Assembly: GCA_964016885.1 (NCBI GenBank)
Contig: OZ024740.1
Span: forward strand, 78,554,001-78,618,000
DNA length: 64,000 nt
From: Eledone cirrhosa
Lineage: Eukaryota
Direction: 5' to 3'
A program made the translations under genes and the position numbers. This document shows, one piece after another, positions 52,110 to 64,000 of this stretch. The notes beneath the pieces were generated by a model. It was not told the DNA's origin and made no database searches. It worked only from the letters and a program-made list of their open reading frames with translations. Position 1 is the first letter of the stretch, and each line of letters opens with the position of its first letter.

Positions 52110-52560
52110 GGAGGTAGGTATAAAAGCCAAACTTGATATCTTTAATTCAGTATTTGTGCCAAACCTTACCTATTGGGCAATGACCAATAGAATACAATTG
52201 CAAATACAAGTGGCCAAAATGGGGATTCTCTGAAGGGTCATTGGAGTAATGTTACCCAATAGGGGGTCCTACTTGGAAACGAGAGATTTGCTCCATGTAG
52301 AGCTGATACGTCTCTGAATTGAGATATTATAGCTCCAATTTTACAGACAGGTGGTTAAAATGTCTCAAGAAAGAATCGCTTGACAGATTTTATTGGCAAA
52401 ACTAACCAGCAGAAGACACATGGGTAGACCCTGAGCAAGATAATTGGATAACACCCATGAGCTCAGCTGGTCCTGCTTAGGGATCCAACCAGATCAATTG
52501 GATACAGTTGTTTCTGACAGGGCCCGCTAGAAGGCATCCATGAAAACTCTGCTTCCATGG
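52110..52560 (+). mobile_element. Decayed RTE 3' fragment (a homolog lies on - at 59590-59825)
   Basis: AKLDIFNSVFVPNLTY...VVKMSQERIA*QILLAK..GRP*AR*LD...VSDR. Confidence 0.7.
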
Positions 52561-52789
52561 AATAAGGGGGGAGGGAGAAGAAGGAAAAGGAAGTCTAATG
52601 CATCATGAAATTGAAAATAAACAATTTCCTGTATTAAAACTGCTGAAGTCATCGTTTACATTTCGTAGACCTATGACGAAGGAGCGTCAAAACGTATCCC
52701 ACTAAAACACAAGCTTGTCGGGAAATACAGAAGATAAACTACACACACACATCCATAAATACATATGTAGTAAACAGAAATGTAGTGAA

Positions 52790-53031
52790 AAGGAAATGAA
52801 GTGAAGTTGAAGTTGCCAAGATCTGTCGATTAACTACCTTTTCCAACTTCTGGCATTCGAGACATTTGGGTGAGTTGGACCGCTGACTGCGAGGTTCTTG
52901 TCTTCACTGGTGGCTCATCTAACCGAGGTAACTGGTGATGTTTGTGAAGGCATTTGGCTGTTCCAGTGCATCAGCCTCGCAGTCACCCGAGGTAACGCTG
53001 TGAGCGTGCTGGCTTGCCTTAAAAATTATTA
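52790..53031 (+). mobile_element. Second CRE-type RLE 3' fragment
   Basis: DLSINYLFQLLAFETFG*VGP....TGDVCEGIWLFQCISLAVTRGNAVSVLAC. Confidence 0.75.
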
Positions 53032-54599
53032 GAAAGGTTTTCCAGTGCTTCTCGCGATTTCGTTATCTTTTGTTCTGGCAGCGGTTCGTTTCTTCACCCC
53101 TTTCACTATTTCAATCTAAACTATAAAGTAAGGAGTGCGGGACTGCGTCCAGAATGTATATTTTTTTTTATCCCGTTTGTAAAATAAGTTGGATTACTTT
53201 GAATAAATGTTACATAATTCATCTACTAAATTTCGTTATTCTTGATTAAATATAAATAATTTTGTGGCTTATTTTAAGAGTCACTTCTTTAAAATTTTCA
53301 ACACTTCCGGTTAGCGATCGCTTAAATAAAAATTCATATATTTCTGTCATTAATTTTCTCCTAATGCAGTTTATATATATCGTCTTTTTTTAATGTATCA
53401 TGTATTACGTTACTGATTACATAAGACAATGTAACGCAGGTTTCGTTCAATTTCTGTGTATATTGTCAATTACGATTTTATTTGATGTATCAAATATCTA
53501 CATGTATATATACTTGCGTATATCAATATGCACACTACACATGCTAGCAGAAAACCACCCGAGGGTGGTTTTTCTGCTAGTTTATATAAGAAATTGTGGG
53601 TTGGCTTTATCATGGGACAAGATGCCTGCAGTATTTCCGTTCATTTTCTTAGGTATGTGCGTGTGAAGAGTAAAGATATTTATTTATAAAACTATCTTGG
53701 ACATATAAACACAATTTACAATTTATGTAATGAATATAATTTACAAAAGAAACAAATCAATAGAAATTAATACAAGATATGATGGTGTTTCCCGTCTAAA
53801 AATTTCCGAGGCAAGCCATAATATTCTCGGCACTACAACAGTTGATAGCTATACTAAGGGTCTAGAATAGTCGAGCATCCTTGCGTACAACAACTGTTAT
53901 ATTTCAGTAAGATAAGCCGCAAACAGTGACAAGAACCTTGTCATTATCAGCCCATATCTCCACGAACGTTTCGGCTGCCACTATATAGGCTGAAAAATCT
54001 GGTTTACCAATAATTTACAGTTTTCAAAATTTACGTTCTGAATTCAAATCTACCGGAGATAAATTTTGCCTTTCATCCTTACGAGGTCGATAAAATAAAG
54101 TAGCAGTAATGCCTCGATTCAATCGACTGCCTTGGTCTACATAAACCATTAGTTTGAATGTGAATGAAATAGGGGTAGAAAATGAAAACTTGCAGATTAT
54201 ACCACTTCAATGTAATAGCCGTGGAGGGACGTCTATGTATTCAAAATTGGAGGGATGTTTCTCGAGTCAAATTAATTAAAAATAATTATTCAAACATTCC
54301 TATTAATTATGCAACATTTTACGCATTTAGAACAAAGAAACAATAGCGGGAAAAAACATTCAGAATGTGTGGTTACCCGACCAAATATTATTATAAATTA
54401 TTTTTTCCAGTCGTAGAAGAAAAAAGAATTGAATAGAAAAGCCTTTATTTATATAAATGTAAATATTTACAAGCATTAAGATTAAAATAAAACCCGTTTG
54501 AAGAGTTTGTTTAAAGGTTCCGTAAAGAAGCGAAGTGACACGAAGAAACTTCATTACGATGTTTGTAGCTGACGAGACAATTTGTCAGTTGTGTTGAAC

Positions 54600-54665
54600 A
54601 TGACGTCTGAATACTGTGATAGAAATGATGTTACAACTGTTTCCAGACATAGTCTTCAGCAGATG
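54600..54665 (+). CDS. Candidate first coding exon of an unidentified host gene (MTSEYCDRNDVTTVSRHSLQQM)
   Basis: AACATG start context, open 22 codons and a strong donor G|GTAAGA at 54666, in unique and relatively CpG-retaining sequence. No homology recognised and no downstream exon found. Confidence 0.3.
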
Positions 54666-55688
54666 GTAAGATTTAAAGCTAGTCATACAGTGGAAACCTG
54701 CAGAGTAACAAAAAACAAAAACGAAAGACTAAATCACTTTTCTTCGCCATGTACAGACGAGTGTTAAACAATTTGACCGTCGATAAATCAATGTCACTTC
54801 TTTCTGTTACAATTCAAGAAAACATATAACAATGTAGGATTTTTTTTTATAAGCTACAGTGGTGGTCTAATGTGCTTTCTTTCGAATAGTGGCGAGGTAT
54901 TTTTGTGGTAATATTTTGTTATTGTTTAGCTCTGATGGTGGCAGGTAGTACTGGTTTTGAAAAGAAGCTAAACAACTTAGAACTTTGGGCTTCTCAATGA
55001 ACAGTGGCTTCGAAATAATTTTAAAGTATGTTTTCAAATTTTTGTTAAACTTATTGTAATCTTTTAACACTAGTCAACAACTAAAGCCATAAAGACAAAT
55101 TTTCAGTATAAGTAGAGAAAAGCAGCCTAATTAAAAACGAAATTAGCAATAATGAGGAATGTAAGAAAAAAATAATAAGTTGGTTCCTGAATTAACGAAA
55201 CAAATAAGTTCTATTTTAGCGTGGATTTTATTTTTACCCCACCCTATTTTTGTGTATAAACGTGTATTTTATTTTTACACTCACTTATATATTAAAAGAA
55301 GAGAGACGGTACCACATAATGTGGCGTTTTACATATATGTGAAGCGTAAAATATATTTGCATTTGGAAATATTTCATTTAATGAAAATTTAAAATGTTGG
55401 TTCAGTTTTAATTAAGGATGATATTTTCATTATGCAAACAATTATATAAAGAAAAAACGATTAAAAAAAGATAATCCACGTTTATATGCCAAAAAAATAG
55501 TGTGGCCTAAACGAAAAGTTTTCGTTTCGGTAATTCTGAAAAAAACAAGTTATGGCTACTTTCATTTTTAATTATGTTGATTTTCTCCAATTTTACTTAA
55601 ATCTGTCTGGGTTCTTTTTTTGTCGCATAGACAAATCATTGGAAGAAACTCGAAGAAATCATCCTACCAATCAATACATCGCTCCATT

Positions 55689-56148
55689 TTGGATTAGTAG
55701 AATCGTTAGAGCGCCAGACAGTGCTTGGCGTTGCTTTCCAGCATAGTTACGTCCCTGTACAGTCTTGAGTTCAAATCCCGCCGTGGTTAACTTTGCCTTT
55801 CATCCTTACGGGGTCGATAAAATAAAGTACCAGTAATGTACTGCGTAATTGCTGGCCTTGTGCCAAAAGTAGAAACAATTAGTAGTAGTAGCAGTAGTGG
55901 TAGGATATGGGATTGGCAGAATTGCTAGAGTGCCTGAGAAAATGACTTGTAGTATTTACCTGCAGCCCTTTATGTTTTCAATTCAAATCCCATTGAGTTC
56001 AAATTCACCTTTCATCTTAGTTCTGGGGTCGATATAATCAACTTTCTCCTCCCCACATATTCTGGCCTTCTGCTTAAATTAGAAGCCATTAGGTGGATTG
56101 GCAGTATCGGTAGAGAGTCAGACACCATGCTTTGAAGCATGGTGTCTG
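55689..56148 (+). mobile_element. SINE A copy followed by a 285-bp inverted duplicate of 45743-46027
   Basis: 55851-56135 is the reverse complement of 45743-46027, including an old diverged SINE. Confidence 0.85.
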
Positions 56149-57699
56149 CTATGTGGCTTAACTTATCACAATGCTTTATCTTGCTGTCTGTCCTGGTCCT
56201 TTGCCACCAATTGTAGTCCTTTATCTCACCAGCTGTCACTGCCCATCATTTGGCACACTGTTTTTCTTACAAACCACTTTATGGTGTGGACTAGGTGCAT
56301 TTTATCATGCTACTGACACTAGTGAGGTTGTCCTTGAAAGGACTAAAGAATTGCTTCTGTTCGTTAATTCACTGATACTAAAGAGGTTATATTTCTGATA
56401 AGACTAAAAAGTCCCTTCTAGTATATATTCTTTTTTTAGTCATGCTACTAGCTCTAGAGCAATTACTTAGTTCCCTATAAGACTAACATGTCCTCTCTAC
56501 CTCTCTGTTCTGTGGCTAAGTAATTATAGGGAGGTTTTAAACTTGGAACACAAAGAGCTAGAACAGGGGTCTCAAACATGTAGGCCACATACAGCCTGCA
56601 AATTATTTTTCTATGGCCAAAAGCACAACAATTTTCGTGATTAGTTAAGGAAAATTTGAAACAATATTTATCTCCTTACATTTTGTACTAATTCACATAT
56701 CGCACTAACTCTCATATGTGTATTCATTTTGATGAAAAAAAACCCAAAAAACATCAACCTATCAGTTGTATTGAGGATTAGCATTAGAACTGGTAGAAAT
56801 TACTCCCTCCCCCATCTCACTTTTGGCCTGCTTTGCCTATTCCCCGGAATTGACACTTTTCAGACCCCTGAGCTAGAACAAATACCACAAGGTAACTCAT
56901 CTGAAACTCTAACATATCTACCAATTCACCACTCTGGACTAGTACTACTACATTTTATGGACTTTGAAAATATAAAAAGCAAAGTTGACCTCAGTGGGAT
57001 TAGAATCCAGTGTTGAGAGCCAGAACAAATATTGTAAAGCATTTTTTGTGTATTGTTGAGAATACTAAACATTTCATTGTTGTATATTCTTTTCTAATTC
57101 ATCTTTCTTAAGCAATTTCAGGCAGCAAAACTCTATTTTCGGACTTACCTATTAATTTATTACTTGCAAAATACTTTGGATCTATTTTTATTTCTCCATT
57201 AATTCTGTGTTCTAAATCTGTTTCTTTGAAGGAAAAAAAATAATAGGACATTATTATTTTTTGGGTCTTTTAAGTTTGGCAAGATTACATACATGTTTCC
57301 TAACATCTCTGATTGGTTTCTTAGTATGTCTGTAGTTCTCTCACTCCAGCTCTGCTTAAGCTATTGGATATTTAATTTGTAAAATTTTTTGCTTTTGTTT
57401 TAAGAAATGAAAAGTCATCAGCACTGCCATGCTTCTTATTAAGCTCTTAGCAATGCCTGAAATAAGTTTCTTTGCCTGAGGGCGGTCTGGAATGACACAT
57501 TAAACATTGAATAATTTTGAGAAATGACTATCCGAATGCACTGGAACTTGGGAAAGTGTCTTCTACTGTAGCCTTGGATCAACAAATGTCTTGTGAGTAA
57601 ATTTGGCAGAGGGAAACTGTAAAACGAGCCCACCATATGTGTGTGTCCGTATGTACATGCATTTATCTATATATATTTGTGTGTGTGTATATATATATA

Positions 57700-58015
57700 T
57701 TAGGTTGGGCAGAAAGTTCTTGCTGCTCTTCAAATTTATATTGACTTAGGTGTTTTTTAACATTATGAAAATTTTACAAGTTAAAATAATCACAATAATT
57801 TCTGATTAACATCTGCCATCGTTTAGGAAGGCACATGATTCCATCCCTGTAGAATTCTTTTGACTTTGATGCAAAGAATGTCAGCCACTAATTCAACTGA
57901 TGTTTATCAGTGAAGGTCTTTGACTACATTGAGAGAAAAAGGTGATAGTCTGTAGGTGCAAGGTTGGGCAATTACGGCAGGTGAGGCAGAACCTCCTAAC
58001 CTAGCTCCAACAAAC
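57700..58015 (-). mobile_element. Mariner 3' fragment with TIR
   Basis: TA-TTAGGTTGGGCAGAAAGTT terminus. The minus strand reads ELG*EVLPHLP*LPNLAPTDYHLF...FFASKSKEFYRDGIMCLPKRWQ (cf. YSPDLAPSDYHLF). Confidence 0.8.
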
Positions 58016-60545
58016 TGTTTGAAACTGCCCCTGATTCTACGATACTAAGTTATTTATTGTAAAGTGTCTATATTTATCTAAAACTTTTCATCATAATTTT
58101 ATATAAGAACCTTATATGTTCCAAACACCAACTAAATAATGGGAAAATTAGTTATGTTACTAAATCCTTCCAAATTTTTGATCATTTGAAAAATTATTTG
58201 AAACACATAAGCAGTGTCTTCCATTAGTAAAATGTTAATGAAAGTGTTGAAAGCTTTATTTATATCGAAAGCAGATAATTAGTATGCATGCTTAAAAATA
58301 ATGTGAATCTCGTATATTAATTAATAGTTAAGAGGAATGACATTCATTTTGAAATGAAGCAACATATATTAATCTAATTTTCCTCGTTATAGATATGAGT
58401 CAGATTAATTAATATTAGCTTCATATTTATAAATAAGGTAGCTAGCTTAACACATATATATGTTACTCAATATTTATAAATAAGGTGGCTAGGTTAGCAT
58501 TTGTCACTGGTGTATATTACTCAATATTTTGAGTTTAAGATGAAGTTAATAACACTCTTTAGAGTAAATAATCAGTTAGCAGTGTGTAAAGTGTAATTTG
58601 AAAATAGATTGTAGTAACTAAATTAATAAGGTTTAAACTTTTGTGTGGAAGCAGTATAAAATATTAATGGTGGTGGTCTAGGAATCTCAATGTTTTTTTG
58701 TTATTTCATGGAAATAAATGAGGTTGCACTTACATGACACATTGGCAATGTTTGTGATGATATATAGGAAATAAACCACTAAAATGATCACATTGAAAAT
58801 ATATTTAATTAGAATAAAGTTATGTTATTAGCAGTATAATTGCATCTAAAGTGTTCCTAAACAAATGCTGTGTGCTTTTGTTGATTCTTCTATATAATTA
58901 CTATTTACACATAAAGGAAAAGGGTGGTGAATTGGCAAAGCCATTGCAGTGTCATTATGTGGTATATGTTCCAGTACTGTGTTCTGAGTTCAAATCCTAT
59001 TGAGTCTAACTTTCTTTCATCCATTGAGTGGGTTGGGGGTGATAAAGTACCAGTTAAGTCCTTGGGTGTATTCTGCTTATCTGTCTCTCAGAATTAGTAG
59101 CACTTTGAGAAGAACATGGGGGACCAGTCACAGTACATTTTCCTCCCATAACAACCACTCAAATAATGAGTGTAGTTTCCAATGTTCTGGTAGAATATGG
59201 CACATGATGATAAGAGAAAATAATAAGAAAATGGCAGCCAAATCTTGCTTAAACCATATCCTATCATTTTAGAAAATAAATTCCACATGGGATATTTCGT
59301 AAGTCATGAAATGGTACAAAATTGTCAGAGAATTTATTCATATAAAATAAACAAGGTGATGCCCCAGCATAGCTGCACTCTGACTGAAATCAGTAAAAGA
59401 ATAATAAAAAATATTATAAATTTTATTGAAAGACTTTTTATTTCATTGAACTCTAGAATTTCTTTGTGGAATCCACAATGGGAAACACTATAGATATTTG
59501 TCAATAAAAGAATCTCCTTATATTTATTAAGTTGAAAAAAAAAAGGATTCTGAAGAAACTTGTAGTAGTAGTCTTCTTCACCTTTTATTCCTGAGAAGGT
59601 TGTGGGTGCAGAGTCCTCAAACGCTCCTTCTAGCTGGTCCTGTCAGAAGCAACTGTCTCTAAGCGAGACCAACTAAGCTTATGAGTGTTATCCAATCATC
59701 TTGCTTGGGGTCTACTCCTAGGTCTCCTTCCGGTTGGTTTTGCGTATAAAGTTTGTCCAGCGATTCTTTCCTGAGACATTCTAACCACATACCCTTAATA
59801 TCGGGCTGTGATCTCTCAATATACATGTAGTAGTTTATGTCAGTAAAATGTTTACTGTGAAGTTTGTGTTTGGATCAGATTGTATGTCATGGGAAGAAGG
59901 GGTTATTGATGTTTGGAGATCCTCTTTATCTGGACATGAAGGCATGTAGTTTAGTGTTGGGCTCACAGTTGTATGGCCATGGTGTTTGATTTCTGAACTG
60001 GGTAGCGTGTTGTATCCTTGAATAAGACACTTCATTTTACATTGCTCAAGTTCAATCAGATGGTTACTAGCAGCTTGTACCAGCTCTGTGACATATCTTG
60101 TATGCTGTCACAAACTTGTCCAAAATCAGACACTTTATATTTGATAATTATGGAAATCTGGAGAAATAATTTTACGACCATTCTACTCTAAATTGCTATA
60201 TAATAATATCGACACTGGCACAACTGAGTGGTTCAGAAGTAAGCTTCACAATCACAATATCCTGCATTTGATCTCACTTCATGGCAAGTGTCTTCAGGAT
60301 AGGTTTGGGTCCACTTGAGACTTGTGATTTAAATTAGCTATTCCAATGGTCCAGCCTTTTCATATATAGTGTCATTCAACTTGTGAATTACATTAAGTGT
60401 ATATGTGTCTATGGAATACTCAACCGTTTACATGGTAACTCATGGGTCAGTTGATTAAATAACTAAATGCTCACTGTTCATTATAATAATGTTTCAAACA
60501 TTGTTCTGGAAGTATTATTTCAGTTTTCTATCACAAAATTTCTAA

Positions 60546-60577
<32 letters not shown>

Positions 60578-60698
60578 GTCTAATGGTAGCTAAGATGCTT
60601 CCATAGGTGGTATGCCGGTTGAGCACTCTATGCTCCTATGGAGCAGAGTAGTAAAGAATGGAAAACGAGAAAGAGGATATGCTCCGAAATCAATAGAC

Positions 60699-60787
60699 GT
60701 GTCCAAGGAACCTGCGAGTCTAGAGTCAGGTCGATCCACACACGGATCTGCACCTCGAGCTGTTCGCCGGGGAAACAATTGTAACAC
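60699..60787 (+). ncRNA. Hammerhead-like motif with ~62-nt stem II, mutated core
   Basis: GTGT-CCAAGGA-[ACCTGCGAGT..GATCC acacac GGATC..GTTCGCCGGG]-GAAA-CAATTG-TA-ACAC, in an island between (TA)n tracts. Confidence 0.55.
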
Positions 60788-60950
60788 AATAGAGTTCCGA
60801 TCCATCACTGATTTTTCGTTTTCCATTCTATATATATATATATACACACACATACATATATACAGAGAGAGAGAGATAGACAGCACTGTTGATAGAAGAC
60901 CGATTTCTTGTAAAATGAAAGCATTTTACAACATAATTTGTCTATTTTAA

Positions 60951-61160
60951 CCCTTTAGCATTCACATTACTCTATATATACTATTATATTTTCATGGTAA
61001 AAGCTTTACCTCGCATAAATATCTCATAATATCGAATCTATGAAAGTATTTATTTTGAGAATAATACCTTAACATCAGTTTGAGCGACCAGTTACAGCCA
61101 GTTTCAACAGAAGGAGGTAGAGAATTCTGGCCTGTTTTGGCTGGTTTGAACATTAAAGAG
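60951..61160. mobile_element. piggyBac-like MITE
   Basis: TTAA flanks. Reverse-orientation homolog of 3617-3823. Confidence 0.75.
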
Positions 61161-62204
61161 TTAAGACAACTACCTGGTCCTTGGATGCCACTGTTGTAAG
61201 CATTTGGATGAGGGTTGCATCATACTTCTCTTTACCCAGTTGGGGAAGCCATGTAAAGAGTTATGAGCACTGTCCTTGTTTCACGAACTAAACAGTAAAA
61301 ATAATGAAAATAAAATAATTCAAAAGGAATGAATGCTACCACTTCCCATTTACCTACTGCCATTGATGGTTATAAATAATAGAGAGCTACAGACTTGACA
61401 TTTGATCCTTGCCTTGTGTGTAATAAATGCGTTAGGTTTTGTGCACATATTCACCCAGCTATACACATTCACCTCAACACACACACGCTCACCTAACCCA
61501 CCCACACATTTGTATTCAACTACACACATTTACTCACACACACACTCCTGTTCACCTAGCTACACACATTCGCCTCAACATACACACACACTCACCTATA
61601 CACCCAGCTACACACTCCTATTCGCCTCCACAAGCACACACATGCATGGGGGCAGCACAGTCATACAGTGAAAAAGTGACAGATCATAGATAGAAAGACA
61701 GTTAGTTGTGATAGTAAAATACCTTGTTAGGTTATTATGAATGAAAGGGCAAAAAGAAGAAAAAACAAAACAAACAACAACATACAAAACAATAACAAAA
61801 ATATACAAAGAAGAGAATGAAGTTAGTAAGCTGTATAAATAATTGTAATTATGCCAACAAAAGAGAAGTGAGTTTCAGTGCTAATGACTAGGGTTGTGCC
61901 ATACTAGTTCACTTTACTGGATTATTTCTGTGGGTGGTAGAATCTATTTTGAAATAATTTGCAGTTAACTTGATGTTAAGTCAACTGTCATTTTCATTAT
62001 TGTCATAAATAGTTAATATATGTAAAAAAAAAACTAACCAAAAAATTAGACATAAATACATTTTGGAATCTTATTTTTTCCTGTGTATATTTATTTGCAG
62101 TTTGTGTATGTGTATATTTATTTGCAGTGTGTGTGTCTGTACATATACATTGTTTTTTCAGTTTCTTTTTGATGTTGGTTGCTACTCAATAATCTTCAGT
62201 TAGA

Positions 62205-62485
62205 ATCATCATCATCATCATTTTACGTCCACCTTTTTTTTCCCTGCTTGCAAGGGTGGGACGGGAACTGATTCTGGCTTGATTTCTACAGCTGGATGCC
62301 CTTCCTAACACCAACCTCATTTACAGTGAGTGCTGGGTGCTTTTTTGCCGTGGTACCTCCACAACCACTTTGCAGTGGAATGATAGGGATCCCAGTCCCT
62401 ATAATCTAATTTCTACAGCTGAGTAAACTGGAGCAATGTGAAATAAAGTGTCTTGCTCAAGGAAACAACACATCACCATGTCTGA
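62205..62485 (-). mobile_element. SINE family B, 5'-truncated
   Basis: Reverse complement homology to 33530-33846. Confidence 0.8.
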
Positions 62486-62849
62486 GAATAAGCTTAGTAA
62501 AGTGAACAAAAAAAAAATAATGTCCAGCTCTTGCTAGCAGGGAAAGCAGCTGATAAACGATGATGATGCTATCAATGTGAACTAATATGATGATGATGAT
62601 TTTAACAATAGAATTGTGTAAAAACTTGACTTGCCTATGTTTTTATATACTGTATTACTGGTTTCAAGACAGCAAATTGGAGTTATTTAAGCATCAGATA
62701 GAATGCCTTATGTATGGTATTTGTTTTTGCTCTCTGCACTCGGAGTTCAAAGCCTGTCTAGGTTAATCTTGCCTTTCATCCTTTAACGGTCAATAAAATA
62801 ATGTAGTCCAGAGTGTTGGATTAGTGGAATTGTCAGTGTCATGCATATA

Positions 62850-63222
62850 TATGCGATGACATACGACCGTGACCTCTGGCGTCGCGCAGTAATACAGAAG
62901 ACCAACCCCCCACGGGTACAAGCTGAAGCATATAGACAATATGCCCCCACACACTCTCACTGCAAAGTGGTCGAGGAGGTGCCACGGCAAAAGAGCACTC
63001 AGCCGACATTGTAAAGTGGACGTGTAGGCGCCACGGAAAAAAGCACCCAGCACTCATTGTAAATGAAGTTGGTGTTAGGAAGGGCATCCAGCTGTAGAAA
63101 TCAAGCCAGAATCAGTTCCCATATGAGCAAGGTATGGTCAGCCGACTGGACACTGCCCACAACAGGACAACCCGTCTAACCCATGCTAGTGTGGAAGAAC
63201 GGACGTAAAACGGTGATGATGA
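62850..63222 (+). mobile_element. RTE extreme 3' end and UTR
   Basis: Homologous to 24415-24790. Confidence 0.85.
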
Positions 63223-63329
63223 TATATAATGACTAGATCTACAAAGCAAAATTTTAATATTATAAAATTAAATTGTTCAGAACTACAAGTGAAGTCTTTC
63301 TTTACCTTTTTTTCATATATATATATTTT

Positions 63330-63638
63330 CATTGGCCTTGCAATCGAAAGGTTGTGAGTTCAATTCCAAGACTGGGTGATGTGTTGTTTCCTTGAGCAAG
63401 ACACTTTATTTCACATTGCTTCAGTTTACTCAGCTGTAGAAATGAGATGATAGGGACTGGGGTCCCTCTCATTCCACTGCAAAGTGGTCGTGGAGGTGCC
63501 ACGGTAAAAACACCACCCAGCACTCACTGTAAATGAGGTTGGTGTTAGGAAGGGCATCCAGCTGTAGAAATCAAGCCAGAATCTGTTCCCGTCCCACCCT
63601 TGCAAGCAGGGAAAAGCAGACGTAAAAATGATGATGAT
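63330..63638 (+). mobile_element. SINE family B
   Basis: Homologous to 33490-33846. Confidence 0.8.
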
Positions 63639-64000
63639 ATATATATATATATAGTGACAATAAGAATTGCAGCTTTTTGTAAAATTTTATTTCATATTAC
63701 AATTGTTTCTATATCGATGAGCTCGGGTTTGATCATGCGATTGGATCCTGATTGTTAATCAACACTTTTTCAGATAAGAGATTTTACATGTAATGCTAAG
63801 CTATATTTGCCTTTGTCTTACTTTTGGACAACAATAGTGTGGAGAGGCAAGACTTGCATATATGAGCAACTGCTGGTCCTATGCCCCCAAAAAACTTGAC
63901 CTGCATTTTGGAGAGGAACTTTCCTGTTGCAGACCCATGGTCTCATGAGACCTACAGAGGCTTCAAATTGCTGTTTTCAACAAGTGTGCTGTAGTCATAT

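Noticed and set aside
54569-54590. CTGACGA-GAC aattt GTC
   Set aside because: No GAAA or stem III follows.
54631-54660. Minus-strand CTGAAGA...GAAA-CAGTTG-TA hammerhead-like string
   Set aside because: Stems I and II do not pair, and it overlaps the candidate coding exon on the other strand.

Overview
This is AT-rich, repeat-saturated animal genomic DNA. The tRNA-SINE/RTE-LINE repertoire and the abundant (TA)n tracts are most consistent with an octopus/coleoid cephalopod genome (inference). No complete host gene can be supported; there is only a candidate first coding exon at 54600-54665. Most ORFs in the track are microsatellite or satellite artefacts. Recognisable mobile elements: two 5'-truncated RTE LINE copies carrying a PHD-like finger inside ORF2, several smaller RTE and CRE-type fragments, a decayed Helitron, a Chapaev3-like DNA transposon inserted in a Penelope-like (GIY-YIG) remnant, mariner derivatives, TTAA- and TA-flanked MITEs and dozens of SINEs. 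There is also a ~5 kb pentamer satellite that switches strand in the middle. The most notable signal is a set of at least five unrelated families of type-I hammerhead-ribozyme motifs in short non-coding islands embedded in (TA)n tracts. Many of these islands are fold-back inverted repeats, and several motifs have recurrent non-canonical features (CAGAAGA core, U10.1-U11.1 mismatch, ~60-nt stem II). This suggests a family of non-autonomous, ribozyme-bearing, (TA)n-targeting Penelope-like/retrozyme mini-elements. All folds were read by eye and no catalytic activity is shown.
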